From an uncultured Methanosarcinales archaeon (GTDB taxonomy: Archaea > Nanobdellota > Nanobdellia > Woesearchaeales > 21-14-0-10-32-9), in NCBI GenBank assembly GCA_964501945.1, contig CAZCTY010000001.1, positions 49,187-113,186 of the forward strand: 64,000 nucleotides of DNA, written 5' to 3'. Below the pieces are notes generated by a model. The model had not been told where the DNA came from. It saw only the letters and a list, made by a program, of their open reading frames with translations, and ran no database searches. The position numbers and the translations under genes were made by a program. Shown here piece after piece: positions 29,101 to 39,274 of this stretch (its first letter is position 1; each line of letters starts with the position of its first letter).

Positions 29101-31866
29101 AAGAATTGTCTCATTAACAAACTCACCTGAAAAATTATGCTCAAATAAAACAGAATCAACACCAAAATTATCAAACCAAGAAATACTAAAATTATGAACT
29201 TTACCCTCACTAAAATTAGTAGGACTTAGAAAAGAAGTATTAATATCAAAATACTTAGGAGGTGTAGTGTCAACTAAAACAGAAAAAGTCTCAGCGAAAG
29301 AAGACCTACCACTAAGATCAAAACACCTAACACTCCAAGAAAACACACCATCATCTAAACTTCTAGAAATAATATTTTGAGAACCACTAACAGGATTTAA
29401 TAAGCTATCAACCACATCAAAAGAACCAGACTCATTAGTATAAAGAGAACAATAATCTAAATTATCATCAAGCGGAATAAAAACAAAATCAACAACATTA
29501 GAAGTATACCAAGAATCATTAACAGGAGATATTAAATCAACAACTGGATCAACCAAGTCAACAAAAAAAGTCCTAGTATCAGATACACCAACCTGATTAT
29601 CCAAAGAATCATCAACACACTCAACCCGCCAAGAATGAGAACCATCAAAACCACCAATACTAAAATTAAAAGAAGAAAAAGTATCAACATCCTCAACAGT
29701 TTCATTAAGCGAATCATCAACAAATAAAGAACAATTATCAATACCAACAGCGCTCTCAACAACTAACTCAAAGAAAATAGTAGAAGAATTCAAAAAAACA
29801 TTATCGTCAGGATTTAAAAGAGAAATAACAGGAGGATCAACTTCTAAAGCCTCAACTTCAAGAGAATAAACATCAGAAAAACCAACCCAATTAGAAGAGT
29901 CAACACAAGAAACCTGCCAAGAATAAATACCATCAGACAAAAACCTCTCAAAAGAATTAAAACCCTCAAAGACATCAAAAGAAGTACGCTCAACACTACC
30001 ATTAATTAAAAGAGAACAAGACTCAACATCAGAGTAAGAATCAAAAACACTATAATTAAAAAAAACAAGATTAGACTCATTAAACAAGTAACCATCCACA
30101 GGAGAAACCAAATCAATAACAGGAGGAGACAAATCAACAACCAAAGTCCTATTATCCGATGCAAAAGCACTATTACCTGCCAAATCAAAACACTCAACAT
30201 TCCACAAATTAAAACCCTCAACTAACTGACCAGATAAAAAATTAGAACCCTCACTAATTGTATCAGAAGAATTAATAACGCTCCAAGAATTAGAAGAATT
30301 AGTATACAAATAACAAACATCTAAAGTATTATCATCAAACACAGAGAATTCAAATTCAAAAAAAGAATAATTACTAATAAAAAAATCAGCAGTACTCAAA
30401 GAAACACTAGGAGGCGTGTTATCAGTAGTATACATAAAAACAGAACTATTAACAACATTACCAAAAACATTGTACGCTGACACGCCCCAAAAATAAGTCT
30501 CATCAAAACCAAGATTAGAAGATAAAAACAATCCAGTCTCAAAAACATCAAACGAAGACTCAACAAATAAAGGATCAGACAAATCACTATTCAAAGAAAC
30601 AAACAAAGTATAATTACCAAAAAAATCCTCGCTAGTAGGCTCCCACGAAAATAACGGAGATAAGTTTTTTGATTCAAAACCATCAACAGGACTAAGCAAA
30701 TCAAAATCATCAGGAACAACCTTTTCAACAACAAAACTCAAATCAGGATAAAAAACACCGCTCTTACCAAGATTATCCTCCGCATAAATACTAACAACTT
30801 CGTACGTACCACTACTCATCGTATCAGAAAAATCCAAAAAGAATTCATCACCATCACGATCAAGCAAGAAAACTTCCTCAACGCCAGAAGGATACTTAAT
30901 TGTAACATTAGCATAATCAACACCAAAATAATCAGTTATAGAAACATTAAACCTAATAGTCTCACTTTGATTAATAACAGTTTCATTTAACGTAGCACCC
31001 TCAAAGATAGGGGGCTCAGAATTCATAAAAAAAGAAAAATTATCCTCACCAAAAGATGACCTACCAAAATCATTCTCACAGAGAACATTCCAAGAATAAT
31101 AACCATCATTCTCAGAGATAGAAAAAGATGAAACAGTATCATTACCAACATCAACCAACTCATCAACAAAATCCCAAGAACCACTAAAATTACCAAACAA
31201 AGAACAAGAACTAATACTAGAATAAAAATCATCAATCACAACGAAATCAAGACTCGCAGGAGATGTTAAAATAACATCATCAACCTCTGGCGATAAAAGA
31301 GAAACAACAGGAGGAAGAGGACCAGTATCAACCTCTAAATAAGACGCATAAACCAAAGCATTCGTAGGCTGACCACCACTAGCTCTCTCAACCGTCCCTA
31401 AATAAAGACGCAAATCATCAAGAGAACCAGAAGGACTATCCCAAGTACAACTAAACCAACCAAGACCAGAACTACCAGGAACGAATTCACTACATACATT
31501 ATTTGAACCTTGCCTTAAATAAAAAGTAAACTCAGCAGTATTACCAGTACTTGCATAAACCCAAAGAGTGATATTTTCAACAAATTCTTCAACAACTTCA
31601 GGAAAACCAAACTCAGACGAAACACCATCTCCCATTCTAGAGTCAACAAAACTACTAGTACTAGGACTGTCAGGAAAACGAGCAGAATCAATGATTTCTT
31701 CATGACCCAAAGAACCAGTAGAGCCCCAACCATCTAAAATAGTACTACTAGGATCATAAGTTGCAATTAAACCACTAACAAAACTAGTCGTTGCAGACAA
31801 AAATAAAAGAGATACAACTAATAACAAAAAAATTTTCACACATCCCCCAATTTTTTTTTCAAACAT
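26155..31866 (-). CDS. Giant (1903 aa) secreted cell-surface protein, paralog of 15191..22600 with shuffled module order
   Basis: The signal peptide ends in FLSATTSFVSG. The N-terminal approximately 170-aa module (ITLWVYASTGNTAEFTFYLRQGSNNVCS..CTWDSPSGSLDDL..VERASGGQPTNALVYASYLEVDTG) is about 65% identical to an internal module of the 2469-aa protein. Many W-x-V-x-C-x-D modules and N-glycosylation sequons are present. Confidence 0.8.
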   Translation of the reverse strand: MFEKKIGGCVKIFLLLVVSLLFLSATTSFVSGLIATYDPSSTILDGWGSTGSLGHEEIIDSARFPDSPSTSSFVDSRMGDGVSSEFGFPEVVEEFVENITLWVYASTGNTAEFTFYLRQGSNNVCSEFVPGSSGLGWFSCTWDSPSGSLDDLRLYLGTVERASGGQPTNALVYASYLEVDTGPLPPVVSLLSPEVDDVILTSPASLDFVVIDDFYSSISSCSLFGNFSGSWDFVDELVDVGNDTVSSFSISENDGYYSWNVLCENDFGRSSFGEDNFSFFMNSEPPIFEGATLNETVINQSETIRFNVSITDYFGVDYANVTIKYPSGVEEVFLLDRDGDEFFLDFSDTMSSGTYEVVSIYAEDNLGKSGVFYPDLSFVVEKVVPDDFDLLSPVDGFESKNLSPLFSWEPTSEDFFGNYTLFVSLNSDLSDPLFVESSFDVFETGLFLSSNLGFDETYFWGVSAYNVFGNVVNSSVFMYTTDNTPPSVSLSTADFFISNYSFFEFEFSVFDDNTLDVCYLYTNSSNSWSVINSSDTISEGSNFLSGQLVEGFNLWNVECFDLAGNSAFASDNRTLVVDLSPPVIDLVSPVDGYLFNESNLVFFNYSVFDSYSDVESCSLLINGSVERTSFDVFEGFNSFERFLSDGIYSWQVSCVDSSNWVGFSDVYSLEVEALEVDPPVISLLNPDDNVFLNSSTIFFELVVESAVGIDNCSLFVDDSLNETVEDVDTFSSFNFSIGGFDGSHSWRVECVDDSLDNQVGVSDTRTFFVDLVDPVVDLISPVNDSWYTSNVVDFVFIPLDDNLDYCSLYTNESGSFDVVDSLLNPVSGSQNIISRSLDDGVFSWSVRCFDLSGRSSFAETFSVLVDTTPPKYFDINTSFLSPTNFSEGKVHNFSISWFDNFGVDSVLFEHNFSGEFVNETILGSDVYWFATKLNASSYSFRWHANDSAGNSNVTDFFDYDVLRGLPDINLYLNSTSDNLSVVEGSFVNISGEVLDPLDGEFSLLIDGSVVLLENGSFSLDYFFAEPGSYNVSLVFNETDNFLGRRISFFVDVIDVTPPVVSLEYPLNNTQISAGPRYFGFSVSDSSPIDHCAFFVDGSLVDNVSGVPRDFVEEFYLSIDEGFYVWRVECVDSFGNLGVSDSWSFEVLDLSDLFVNLSVGDEFEQGALINFNVSVFDLLGDYLSASVDSFAISGNSSVPWWNSSWVSRQNIVLNETLGEDIIEGIASINVSSPGVVCDEVRVVNHESVDSEEVLFLVNNSGSGWCEVLFEVSVPSNSFSSDYFVYYNNSDASAPSDALDLFDSVLFNAHDFDEDGNVQNPQNVLGKNDDTFARLEAVGGGPSTISVLGSGFVDFIPLGSAEEVFVRYRYAVPNANNFVGWYLSYNVEGSGFVNSFSGVNAVSKTTSPWDDITGEFSSLSWNVLNSTVLRGTMQKDGGGGHTTVDVFWFELNVSYKKDVVVTDTALLGEELLVGTFSRDASSSGFLSFNWSTQDLGVGDYSLVVSASRSGFDSAKNFSFISLVPDVTPPSVELLSPLNGSLQDRGVVNFSFSVFDHNLESCSLYLGDESNLSLNVSSSNVSNGLNSFEVELDYGKYVWNVWCNDSFGNFDFADENFSFDVFVPRPVVSSDLYENDSFVISWDLVEGADSYNVYVANSFDNFSDEVNFSVSESFFEYNVSGLSDVFFKITSESNGFESFNSSFAGVSSHTLKEGFNMVSVPFYLSEYELFDGYNDGLRFFSDCLVAIWEFDSSSNSFLRVDLVDGVFVPSEGSESFVEFDPMNGYFFEADDTCSLKIGGVVPDSDVSINLDEGQNLVPWLSLKEKSLPLTGNYDGPVINTDPEFSISHVNFYDPDKNSFVSSSHFVVNDVSYGWSRAINLTPLNSYYFNSKQSSVWLHNPLGDIHE

Positions 31867-31867
31867 A

Positions 31868-34800
31868 TTATTTTATCTCCGTATAAAAAATAACCCTCTC
31901 CAAATCAGGACCTTGATACTCACGAAGAGTGGCAGGAACCCTAATTTCAAAATCATTAATACCGCCCTGATAACCAACTTGATCTTTATTAACCTGAGTT
32001 ATGAAAACAACGTTCTCAGAACCCGAATACTGAGAAGACTCAGAATGATCCCACAAAATACCAGTCTTAAAATTATCAGACGTAGTACTATTTACAACAG
32101 GAACATCCTCAATGGTTTGACCAAAAATTTCAAAAGTCACACCACTTAAAATCTCGCCATTCCTAGTATAAGTATTATTAATAGAATCACCAAACTCATC
32201 AGCACCAAGCGCGTTATCAAGCAACACAAAATCCTCCATACGCACATTATCATTTACATCTTTTCCAAGCGCTTGAAGAGTAGTCCACGAAATCTGAGAA
32301 TCAAAATCCGTAACATAAATATTACTACCAGTAGAATTATCAACATTCCAATCAAACAACAAACCAAGAGATGCATCCGTTACGCGAAGAGAATCATCAG
32401 TAGTACCAAGAGCGTAATGCCAAAACTCTACGCTAATATTACGAGAAGCAATGTTGTTATCATAATCACTTTCAACAACTCTCTGATCAGGATTTACCAC
32501 TGCAAAGATTTCAGTGGAACCAATAGGAACATTAAACGATGTAGAAACATTAATAGCAGAGCCCTCACCTAAAGAATCAACATTAATAGTATCGCCTATT
32601 TGATTACCAACAACATCGACCTCATTAGCCCAAAACTCAACATCAAAATCCTCAGCTAAACCCTCCCCAATGTTCCTAATAGTAGCAGTCACATTAATTA
32701 ATTCTCCCTCACGCGGATTAGTCTCATTGAAATAAATCTCAGTGTTATTAACGCTCAAATCAGGAATAGGAACAAAGAACTCCCATGTATCGCTCACACC
32801 AGGATTCCCTGCGAAATCAAAACAAGTCACATTCCAAACATAAAGACCACCAATCAAACCAGTTAACTCAACAATTTCCTCAACGCCATTAGAAACAGAC
32901 AAATCCTCTCTAACAAGATCGTTGTTTAGAGTTACATCACACACTAAAGGATCAGCTATGTTATCAGTAGCAGTAAAACTAAGATTCACATCACTACTAA
33001 AAACCTCAGAATCATTAACAGGATAATTTAAATTAACAACTGGCGGAACAGTATCAATATTAATAATCAAGGTTTCACTAATATTAACATTACCAGCCAA
33101 ATCCTCTGCGATAACGAAGACTTCATAAGAACCATCAGTTAAACCAGAGAGCTCAGATGACGTTACAACGCCATTATTACCAGAACCACTATCTTCCAAA
33201 GAACCATTCACATAAACCTCGTAATCAATAACGTTCGCCAAATCATCTTCTAAAATAAATTCTAAAATGGGCGAATCATTAAACCAAGTATCATTCTCTG
33301 TAACAAAGGAAACACTAGGAGGAACCAAGTCAACATTTAAAGTCCTCGTATTAGAAACTCCAAGAACATTCAAAACAGTAGTATCAATACACTCAACTCT
33401 CCAACTATAAATGCCTTCCATGTTATTTACAAAGAAAGAATTCTGAGCGTCATTTAAAACAGAAGTATCAGTTTGGTTCAGTTCGTCATTAATAAACAAA
33501 GAACACTGCTCAACACCGGTATCATCAAATACGCGATAGACAAATTCCTGATTAGTTACATTAGTCCAAAGATTATCATCAGGACTAATCAACGTAATTT
33601 CAGGAGGAATAAAAACACTAAAATCACGAGTCTCACTCTCATCAACGTTTCCTGCGAGATCACGACAAGTCACACTCCACGTATGATTATCCTCGCTCAA
33701 ACCAAAAACAGATTCTTGATACGGCACACCGTTTAAAACCTGAATGTTCTCACTTTCAACCTCGCCGTTTATGTTAAGATCACAATACAAAACAGGACTC
33801 AACAAATCAGTAACAGTCCAATTAAAAACAATCGGACTCTCATCTAATAATTCATCTTGCAAAGGATTATGAAGTTCAACTTCAGGAGCTAATAAATCAA
33901 CATAAAAAGAAAAAGGCTCAGGCGCAAAAACATTATTATCAAGATCAGTACACGCAACAGTCCAATTATACTCACCCTCATCTAAATCATCAAGCTCAAA
34001 AGTGTTCAAATTCTTATTTAAAACAGAACTCGTAGATTCAATTACTTCATCATTAATTATTAATTCACATTGAGAAATACCAAAATCATCCTCAGGCAAA
34101 TAAGTCAAAGTTACACTATCAGTATTAAACCAAGAATAATTTTCAGGACTAACTAATGTAACATTAGGAGGCGCATCAACCTCAAAGAAAAACTCCTCTG
34201 ACTGATTATATAAGCCTGCGATGTCAGAACAAAAAACACTCCAAGAATAATTCCCATCAGGCAACAAATAACTAAAATTATGAACAGTATTATTTTCAAC
34301 AAGCAAACTGTCTGGTGTAAGCGAATAAGTATCAACAACAGGCTCATACTCAGTTAAAATAACATCACAATACATCTCAGGACTAACCTCGTCCCTAGCT
34401 AAAAAACTAAACGTGACATTATTAAAAATTTCAACTGTTTCATTTAACGGATTAAACATTAAAATTTCGTAAGGAGGCTCAGTATCAACATAATAAATCC
34501 AAGAATCATCAGCAGAACCAGTCATATCATTAGTATCTGTGCACTGAACGTTCCACCCATAAGCACCATCATCCATGTTCTCAACTAAAAAAGTACTAAC
34601 CTCTCCAAGAGGAGCATCACTAATAGTATCAACAACATCATTATTTAATATCAAAGAACAAACAGGGAATTCCCCACTACCCTCGCTTGGAATAAAACTA
34701 AACTCAGTATCCTGAGAATCACTACCAGTATTATTCGCAGGACTTACAAGAGTAACTTTCGGAGGCAATAAAACCTCGAAGTTAATAGTATCACTAACAT

Positions 34801-37800
34801 TAATGTTCCCAGCTTCATCACTACAAGCAACACTCCAATTATATGAACCAGTAAAAAAACCACCAATCTCTACAGCTACCTCAGAGTTGTTTTCAACAAT
34901 TAAAGATTCAACTAATTCATCATCCAAGAAAACATCACAAGACATATTACTTGAGAATTCATCAATAACATTAAACCTAAAATCATAAGATGACGTTTCA
35001 ACAACTTGCGCATCTAAAGGATCTAAAAGAGATAAACTAGGAGGCGTCCTATCAACGACGAAACTCCAAGTATCGCTCACATTAACATTAGAAAACATAC
35101 CTGAATCCTGACACAAAACACTCCAATCATACAACCCTTCATCTAAATCAGGAACCAAGAAACTAGAAAGCTCACCACTTGAAACATTAGATGAATTACT
35201 CATCTCAAATTCATCGTTTAAATACAACTCACAAAAATCAAAACCATCATTATCAAACGCAAAATAAGACAAATTAATAACTAAATCATTTAAATGAGAC
35301 CCAATAAGAGGAGAATCTAAATTAATAGTAGGGCTTTCATTAATAGTAAAATCACGAGTCTCACTAACATTAACATTACCACCAATATCAACACACATAA
35401 CATTCCAATCATGAAAACCATCAGGCAAACCACTAACAGTTTCTGAAACAGTAACACCGCTCGTAGTGTTAGAGCTAAAAAGAGGCTCATCATTAAAATT
35501 AACAGTACAAGTTAGAGGGTCCCAATTATCAAAACCAGTATAAGAAAACAAAACACTAGAATCTGGGAAATAAGCATCATTAACAGGGCTGTGAAGCTCA
35601 ATAGTCGGTGGAGTAAAATCACCAAAGAAAACCCACGTATCACTAATACCAGTATTATCATTTGAATCTAAACACTCAACGCGCCAAGAATAAGCCTCTT
35701 CCAAGGCATTAAAAGAAAAAGAATTAACTTCATTAGGAACAACCCCTGTATCAGTTTCCTCAAGAGTATCATTTATGAAAAGAGAACATTGCTGCAAACC
35801 AAAACCATCAAACGGAACATACTCTAAAGCGACTGGGCTTGTATTGACGCCGGTAAAATTTTCAGGACTCACCAATTCAACAACAGGAGGAACATCAACA
35901 ATACTAAGATTAAAAGTATCACTAACATTAACATTGCCTGCCAAGTCTTCACACTCAATTCTCCAAGTATAATTACCAATATCAAAACCCTCAACTGTAA
36001 CATTAGACACAGTATCATTAAATGAAGTAACACTCTCAGTTAGAACATCATCAACAAAAATATTACAAGTCATCTCAGAAGACCTAGCATCACGAACAAT
36101 CCACTCAAAATTAACCCAAGACTGAGTCAGAGTATCCTCAGGGATTTGAGGGCTGAAAATGTTTAACTCGTATGGAGGAGTTCTATCAACATCAAAAAAA
36201 GAAACATTAGACTCACCAACAAGGCCACCTATATCAACACATGTAACACTCCAATTATAACTATTCTCACTTAAGCCAGAGACACTAAAAGAGTTCTGAG
36301 AATTAGCACTAGGAGACGTATCAGTGTCCTCAAGAGAACCATCAACGTATAACTCACAATAATCAAGAGTTGAAAAAGTTTGAGGAGTATACAAAAAATC
36401 AATAGGCTCATCATTCACCCAAGAATTATTCTCAGGGAAATCAAGACTAATAACAGGAGGCTCAGTAGTCGCAACAATAACTTCCTCAAAATCACTAACA
36501 GCAGAAGAATACTTTGACTCGACCAAACAACGAACATCAACAACACCAGGAGTTCCACCCTCAAGTGAAATAGTTACAGGCACAGTAGAATTAAAAACAT
36601 CACCTGCAAACTCAGGATTACTTTGCTCAGAGCCAAGAACAACAACACCTGATGTACCAACATCGCTCCAAGAACCACCACTGCGAACCTGCGCGTAAAC
36701 ATCAACATCCAAACAAGAACCTTGCTCACACGCCACATCACAAACCAAATCAAAAGAACCACCCTGACCAACACTCAAAGACTCATTAGGCTGATTCAAA
36801 AAAGCACTAAGACTACCAATTTGAGTAAAACCAAGAACATCAACAAAACTTTCAGGATGATCAACTAAATGATTAAAACTCCTCGCTTGATTAGGATGAT
36901 CATTTTCAATACGAATAACATAAAACAGAGAATCCGTACTCTCAAGCCTAATATCGCTAGGAATAGAACAAGAACCAATATTCGCACTATTATCACTACT
37001 AGCACTAGTACTCTCCTCAGAACAAATCAAAGTATTATCGCCACTATCAGACCGCTTATATAATTGCCAAGAAGGCGTTAAACGATTATCGCCTGCAGAA
37101 AAATAAGTACTAAAATCAACACTAGAACCGCCACTAATCTCTGCACCATTAGAACTCATAAAAGGACTTGTGGCCTCAACTATGGTTACTGTTTGACCAG
37201 ATGAAACAGAACCCGAAATACTATCTTCATCACCATCAGTTTCTTGCGCTAAACCAATCTCACACGGAAAAGTAGAACAATCACCTGTAGCAGTCTCAAA
37301 CCACAAACCCTCATAAATAACAGGAGGCACATCAACAGTTAAAGACCTAGTATCACTAACCGCATCATTACCTGCAACATCATAACACATAATATTCCAA
37401 TTAAAAACATTATTACTAAAAACACTGCTAATAATAACTTCCTCATCACGAGGAACATCATACAAAGTGTTAACCACGCTATCATTTACTAAAAGAGAAC
37501 AATTACTAATGGGGGAATCATCACTAACCTCAAAAGCAAAAGAAACAACACTAGAATCAGTTTCAACAAAATTATCAATAGGACTTACAAGAGAAATACT
37601 AGGAGGAGTTCTATCAATATGAATCGTCCTATTATTAATCCCCCACGCAACATCGGAGTTCTCATCTTCACATAAAACGTTCCAAGAATAAGAACCCTCA
37701 TCACTAAACGAAGCACTCAAAGAATTAACAGAACCCTCAACGACATTACTAGTAGAATTTTTAGAACTCCAACCACCCTCACTAGTATAAAGAGAACAAC

Positions 37801-39274
37801 TCTCAATTAAAGTAGATTCACTATTTGGAACAAACTCAAATAATTGATCTGGGTCTGCACGAGTAATAAAATTATTATTAGGACTTTCCAATACAACAGC
37901 AAAATCGCCAGGCTCAGTATAATTAATAGTAGTCTCAACCTCATTTAAAATCAAACTAAAATAAATAAACCTGTTCTGATTACCAGGAGCATTATAAGTA
38001 ACATCTCCTTCAAGATGAATATAATAAGTACAATAATCAGGCCAATTATCACAATTATCCTCATTAAATGATTGACTGCCGGTTTCATCAATATCACTAT
38101 TAGTCCAAGTAAGAGTTGAAGGCGTAGTAACACTTGATGAACCAACAAGGATTTCATTACCATTACCAAGAACATCATCATTATCAAAATAACCACTCTG
38201 AGAACTACTAGTTATACTAACAGGACCCGCACTATCAAAATCAGCATCAACAACATAAGTTATTTCCTCTAAGAAAAAAGAAACAGCGTTTTGAGGAACC
38301 TGAATAGTATGCTCACAGACAACACTATCACTAAGAGTGCCACCAGAACCTGTAGTGTCAATTACAAAACCACAATCAAGATCATCATCGACCTCAACAA
38401 ATAAAGGATCCTCAGGAGTTAGAGTGAAAGTGTAAACCTCGCCAGGAGTAATATCACGTTTTTTTTGCAAATCACCAAAACACTCCTGAGTAGAAAAATT
38501 ATACTCTTTACAAATATACAAAGTAGTACCCTCAGCAACCACGGAAACAGTAGCCTCATCAAAATCAACAGTCGTAGGATCAATTGCATAACTTTTAACA
38601 CTATCTCTGCCACGAATACTTATAGGATGCGTGATATCTTCAATACCAAGCCGAGGAGGAGCAGTATCACGCAAGCCCCTAAACAAAATATTTTCAACCG
38701 CGTTAATAGGACGATCCAAGGACAAACCACGACCCCTAAAAGTGCCAACCTCTTCGAACCTAACAGGCCTTTTAACATTCGCATGATTTTCAACAATTAA
38801 ACCACCAGGATTATTAATAAAAGAATCTTTTGAACCATCAACTTTTAACTCAGATAAAAAATCATCAACGTCCTCACCCTCAACAAACTCATCATCAAAC
38901 TCACGCGTATCAACAACAACCTCACTAATAACAATATCAGCAGTTTTATCAAACAATTTTATAACATACCTATCAGGCTCAATCAAATTAAACTTAACAG
39001 GAAACTCAGGAACACCAATATAATTATATACTTGAGAACTAGTCTCAACACTCAAAGACAAATAATCAAAATCATCACCTAAAAGCTCAGGCTCAGTATC
39101 AATAAAAATAACATCCTCCCCAGACACAACTTTTTCTCGAGCAATAAGATCTATATCAGAAAACTCAAAATCAGCAAACCCAGATATAGGGACAAAAAAT
39201 AAAAAAAGAGTAAGAACTAGGACGAAACTACAAAGTACTCCTAACCACCCTTTCTTCAACATCTTAAAAAACAC
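31868..39274 (-). CDS. Giant (2468 aa) secreted cell-surface protein with about 15 tandem W-x-V-x-C-x-D-x-x-G-N modules and a B/C-like C-terminal domain
   Basis: The signal peptide ends in FFVPISGFA. Modules include YSWNVLCEDENSD, FNWNIMCYDVAGN, YNWSVTCVDIGG, YTWRIECEDLAGN, YSWRVECLDSNDN, HDWNVMCVDIGGN, YDWSVLCQDSG, YNWSVACSDEAGN, YGWNVQCTDTNDM, YSWSVFCSDIAG, YNWTVACTDLDNN, HTWSVTCRDLAGN, YSWRVECIDTTV, EVFVIAEDLAGN and YVWNVTCFDFAGN. The C-terminus TGILWDHSE..FEIRVPATLREYQGPDLERVIFYTEIK matches the other giant protein and family B. Confidence 0.8.
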   Translation of the reverse strand: MFFKMLKKGWLGVLCSFVLVLTLFLFFVPISGFADFEFSDIDLIAREKVVSGEDVIFIDTEPELLGDDFDYLSLSVETSSQVYNYIGVPEFPVKFNLIEPDRYVIKLFDKTADIVISEVVVDTREFDDEFVEGEDVDDFLSELKVDGSKDSFINNPGGLIVENHANVKRPVRFEEVGTFRGRGLSLDRPINAVENILFRGLRDTAPPRLGIEDITHPISIRGRDSVKSYAIDPTTVDFDEATVSVVAEGTTLYICKEYNFSTQECFGDLQKKRDITPGEVYTFTLTPEDPLFVEVDDDLDCGFVIDTTGSGGTLSDSVVCEHTIQVPQNAVSFFLEEITYVVDADFDSAGPVSITSSSQSGYFDNDDVLGNGNEILVGSSSVTTPSTLTWTNSDIDETGSQSFNEDNCDNWPDYCTYYIHLEGDVTYNAPGNQNRFIYFSLILNEVETTINYTEPGDFAVVLESPNNNFITRADPDQLFEFVPNSESTLIESCSLYTSEGGWSSKNSTSNVVEGSVNSLSASFSDEGSYSWNVLCEDENSDVAWGINNRTIHIDRTPPSISLVSPIDNFVETDSSVVSFAFEVSDDSPISNCSLLVNDSVVNTLYDVPRDEEVIISSVFSNNVFNWNIMCYDVAGNDAVSDTRSLTVDVPPVIYEGLWFETATGDCSTFPCEIGLAQETDGDEDSISGSVSSGQTVTIVEATSPFMSSNGAEISGGSSVDFSTYFSAGDNRLTPSWQLYKRSDSGDNTLICSEESTSASSDNSANIGSCSIPSDIRLESTDSLFYVIRIENDHPNQARSFNHLVDHPESFVDVLGFTQIGSLSAFLNQPNESLSVGQGGSFDLVCDVACEQGSCLDVDVYAQVRSGGSWSDVGTSGVVVLGSEQSNPEFAGDVFNSTVPVTISLEGGTPGVVDVRCLVESKYSSAVSDFEEVIVATTEPPVISLDFPENNSWVNDEPIDFLYTPQTFSTLDYCELYVDGSLEDTDTSPSANSQNSFSVSGLSENSYNWSVTCVDIGGLVGESNVSFFDVDRTPPYELNIFSPQIPEDTLTQSWVNFEWIVRDARSSEMTCNIFVDDVLTESVTSFNDTVSNVTVEGFDIGNYTWRIECEDLAGNVNVSDTFNLSIVDVPPVVELVSPENFTGVNTSPVALEYVPFDGFGLQQCSLFINDTLEETDTGVVPNEVNSFSFNALEEAYSWRVECLDSNDNTGISDTWVFFGDFTPPTIELHSPVNDAYFPDSSVLFSYTGFDNWDPLTCTVNFNDEPLFSSNTTSGVTVSETVSGLPDGFHDWNVMCVDIGGNVNVSETRDFTINESPTINLDSPLIGSHLNDLVINLSYFAFDNDGFDFCELYLNDEFEMSNSSNVSSGELSSFLVPDLDEGLYDWSVLCQDSGMFSNVNVSDTWSFVVDRTPPSLSLLDPLDAQVVETSSYDFRFNVIDEFSSNMSCDVFLDDELVESLIVENNSEVAVEIGGFFTGSYNWSVACSDEAGNINVSDTINFEVLLPPKVTLVSPANNTGSDSQDTEFSFIPSEGSGEFPVCSLILNNDVVDTISDAPLGEVSTFLVENMDDGAYGWNVQCTDTNDMTGSADDSWIYYVDTEPPYEILMFNPLNETVEIFNNVTFSFLARDEVSPEMYCDVILTEYEPVVDTYSLTPDSLLVENNTVHNFSYLLPDGNYSWSVFCSDIAGLYNQSEEFFFEVDAPPNVTLVSPENYSWFNTDSVTLTYLPEDDFGISQCELIINDEVIESTSSVLNKNLNTFELDDLDEGEYNWTVACTDLDNNVFAPEPFSFYVDLLAPEVELHNPLQDELLDESPIVFNWTVTDLLSPVLYCDLNINGEVESENIQVLNGVPYQESVFGLSEDNHTWSVTCRDLAGNVDESETRDFSVFIPPEITLISPDDNLWTNVTNQEFVYRVFDDTGVEQCSLFINDELNQTDTSVLNDAQNSFFVNNMEGIYSWRVECIDTTVLNVLGVSNTRTLNVDLVPPSVSFVTENDTWFNDSPILEFILEDDLANVIDYEVYVNGSLEDSGSGNNGVVTSSELSGLTDGSYEVFVIAEDLAGNVNISETLIINIDTVPPVVNLNYPVNDSEVFSSDVNLSFTATDNIADPLVCDVTLNNDLVREDLSVSNGVEEIVELTGLIGGLYVWNVTCFDFAGNPGVSDTWEFFVPIPDLSVNNTEIYFNETNPREGELINVTATIRNIGEGLAEDFDVEFWANEVDVVGNQIGDTINVDSLGEGSAINVSTSFNVPIGSTEIFAVVNPDQRVVESDYDNNIASRNISVEFWHYALGTTDDSLRVTDASLGLLFDWNVDNSTGSNIYVTDFDSQISWTTLQALGKDVNDNVRMEDFVLLDNALGADEFGDSINNTYTRNGEILSGVTFEIFGQTIEDVPVVNSTTSDNFKTGILWDHSESSQYSGSENVVFITQVNKDQVGYQGGINDFEIRVPATLREYQGPDLERVIFYTEIK

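Noticed and set aside
15196-39274. Many 60-150 aa ORFs antisense or out of frame within the giant genes (for example 15196..15552, 18375..18839, 28243..28572, 38465..38800)
   Set aside because: They are Leu/Ile- or Asn/Lys/Thr-rich low-complexity translations typical of shadow ORFs on the strand opposite strongly biased coding sequence. They lie wholly inside well-supported long ORFs.
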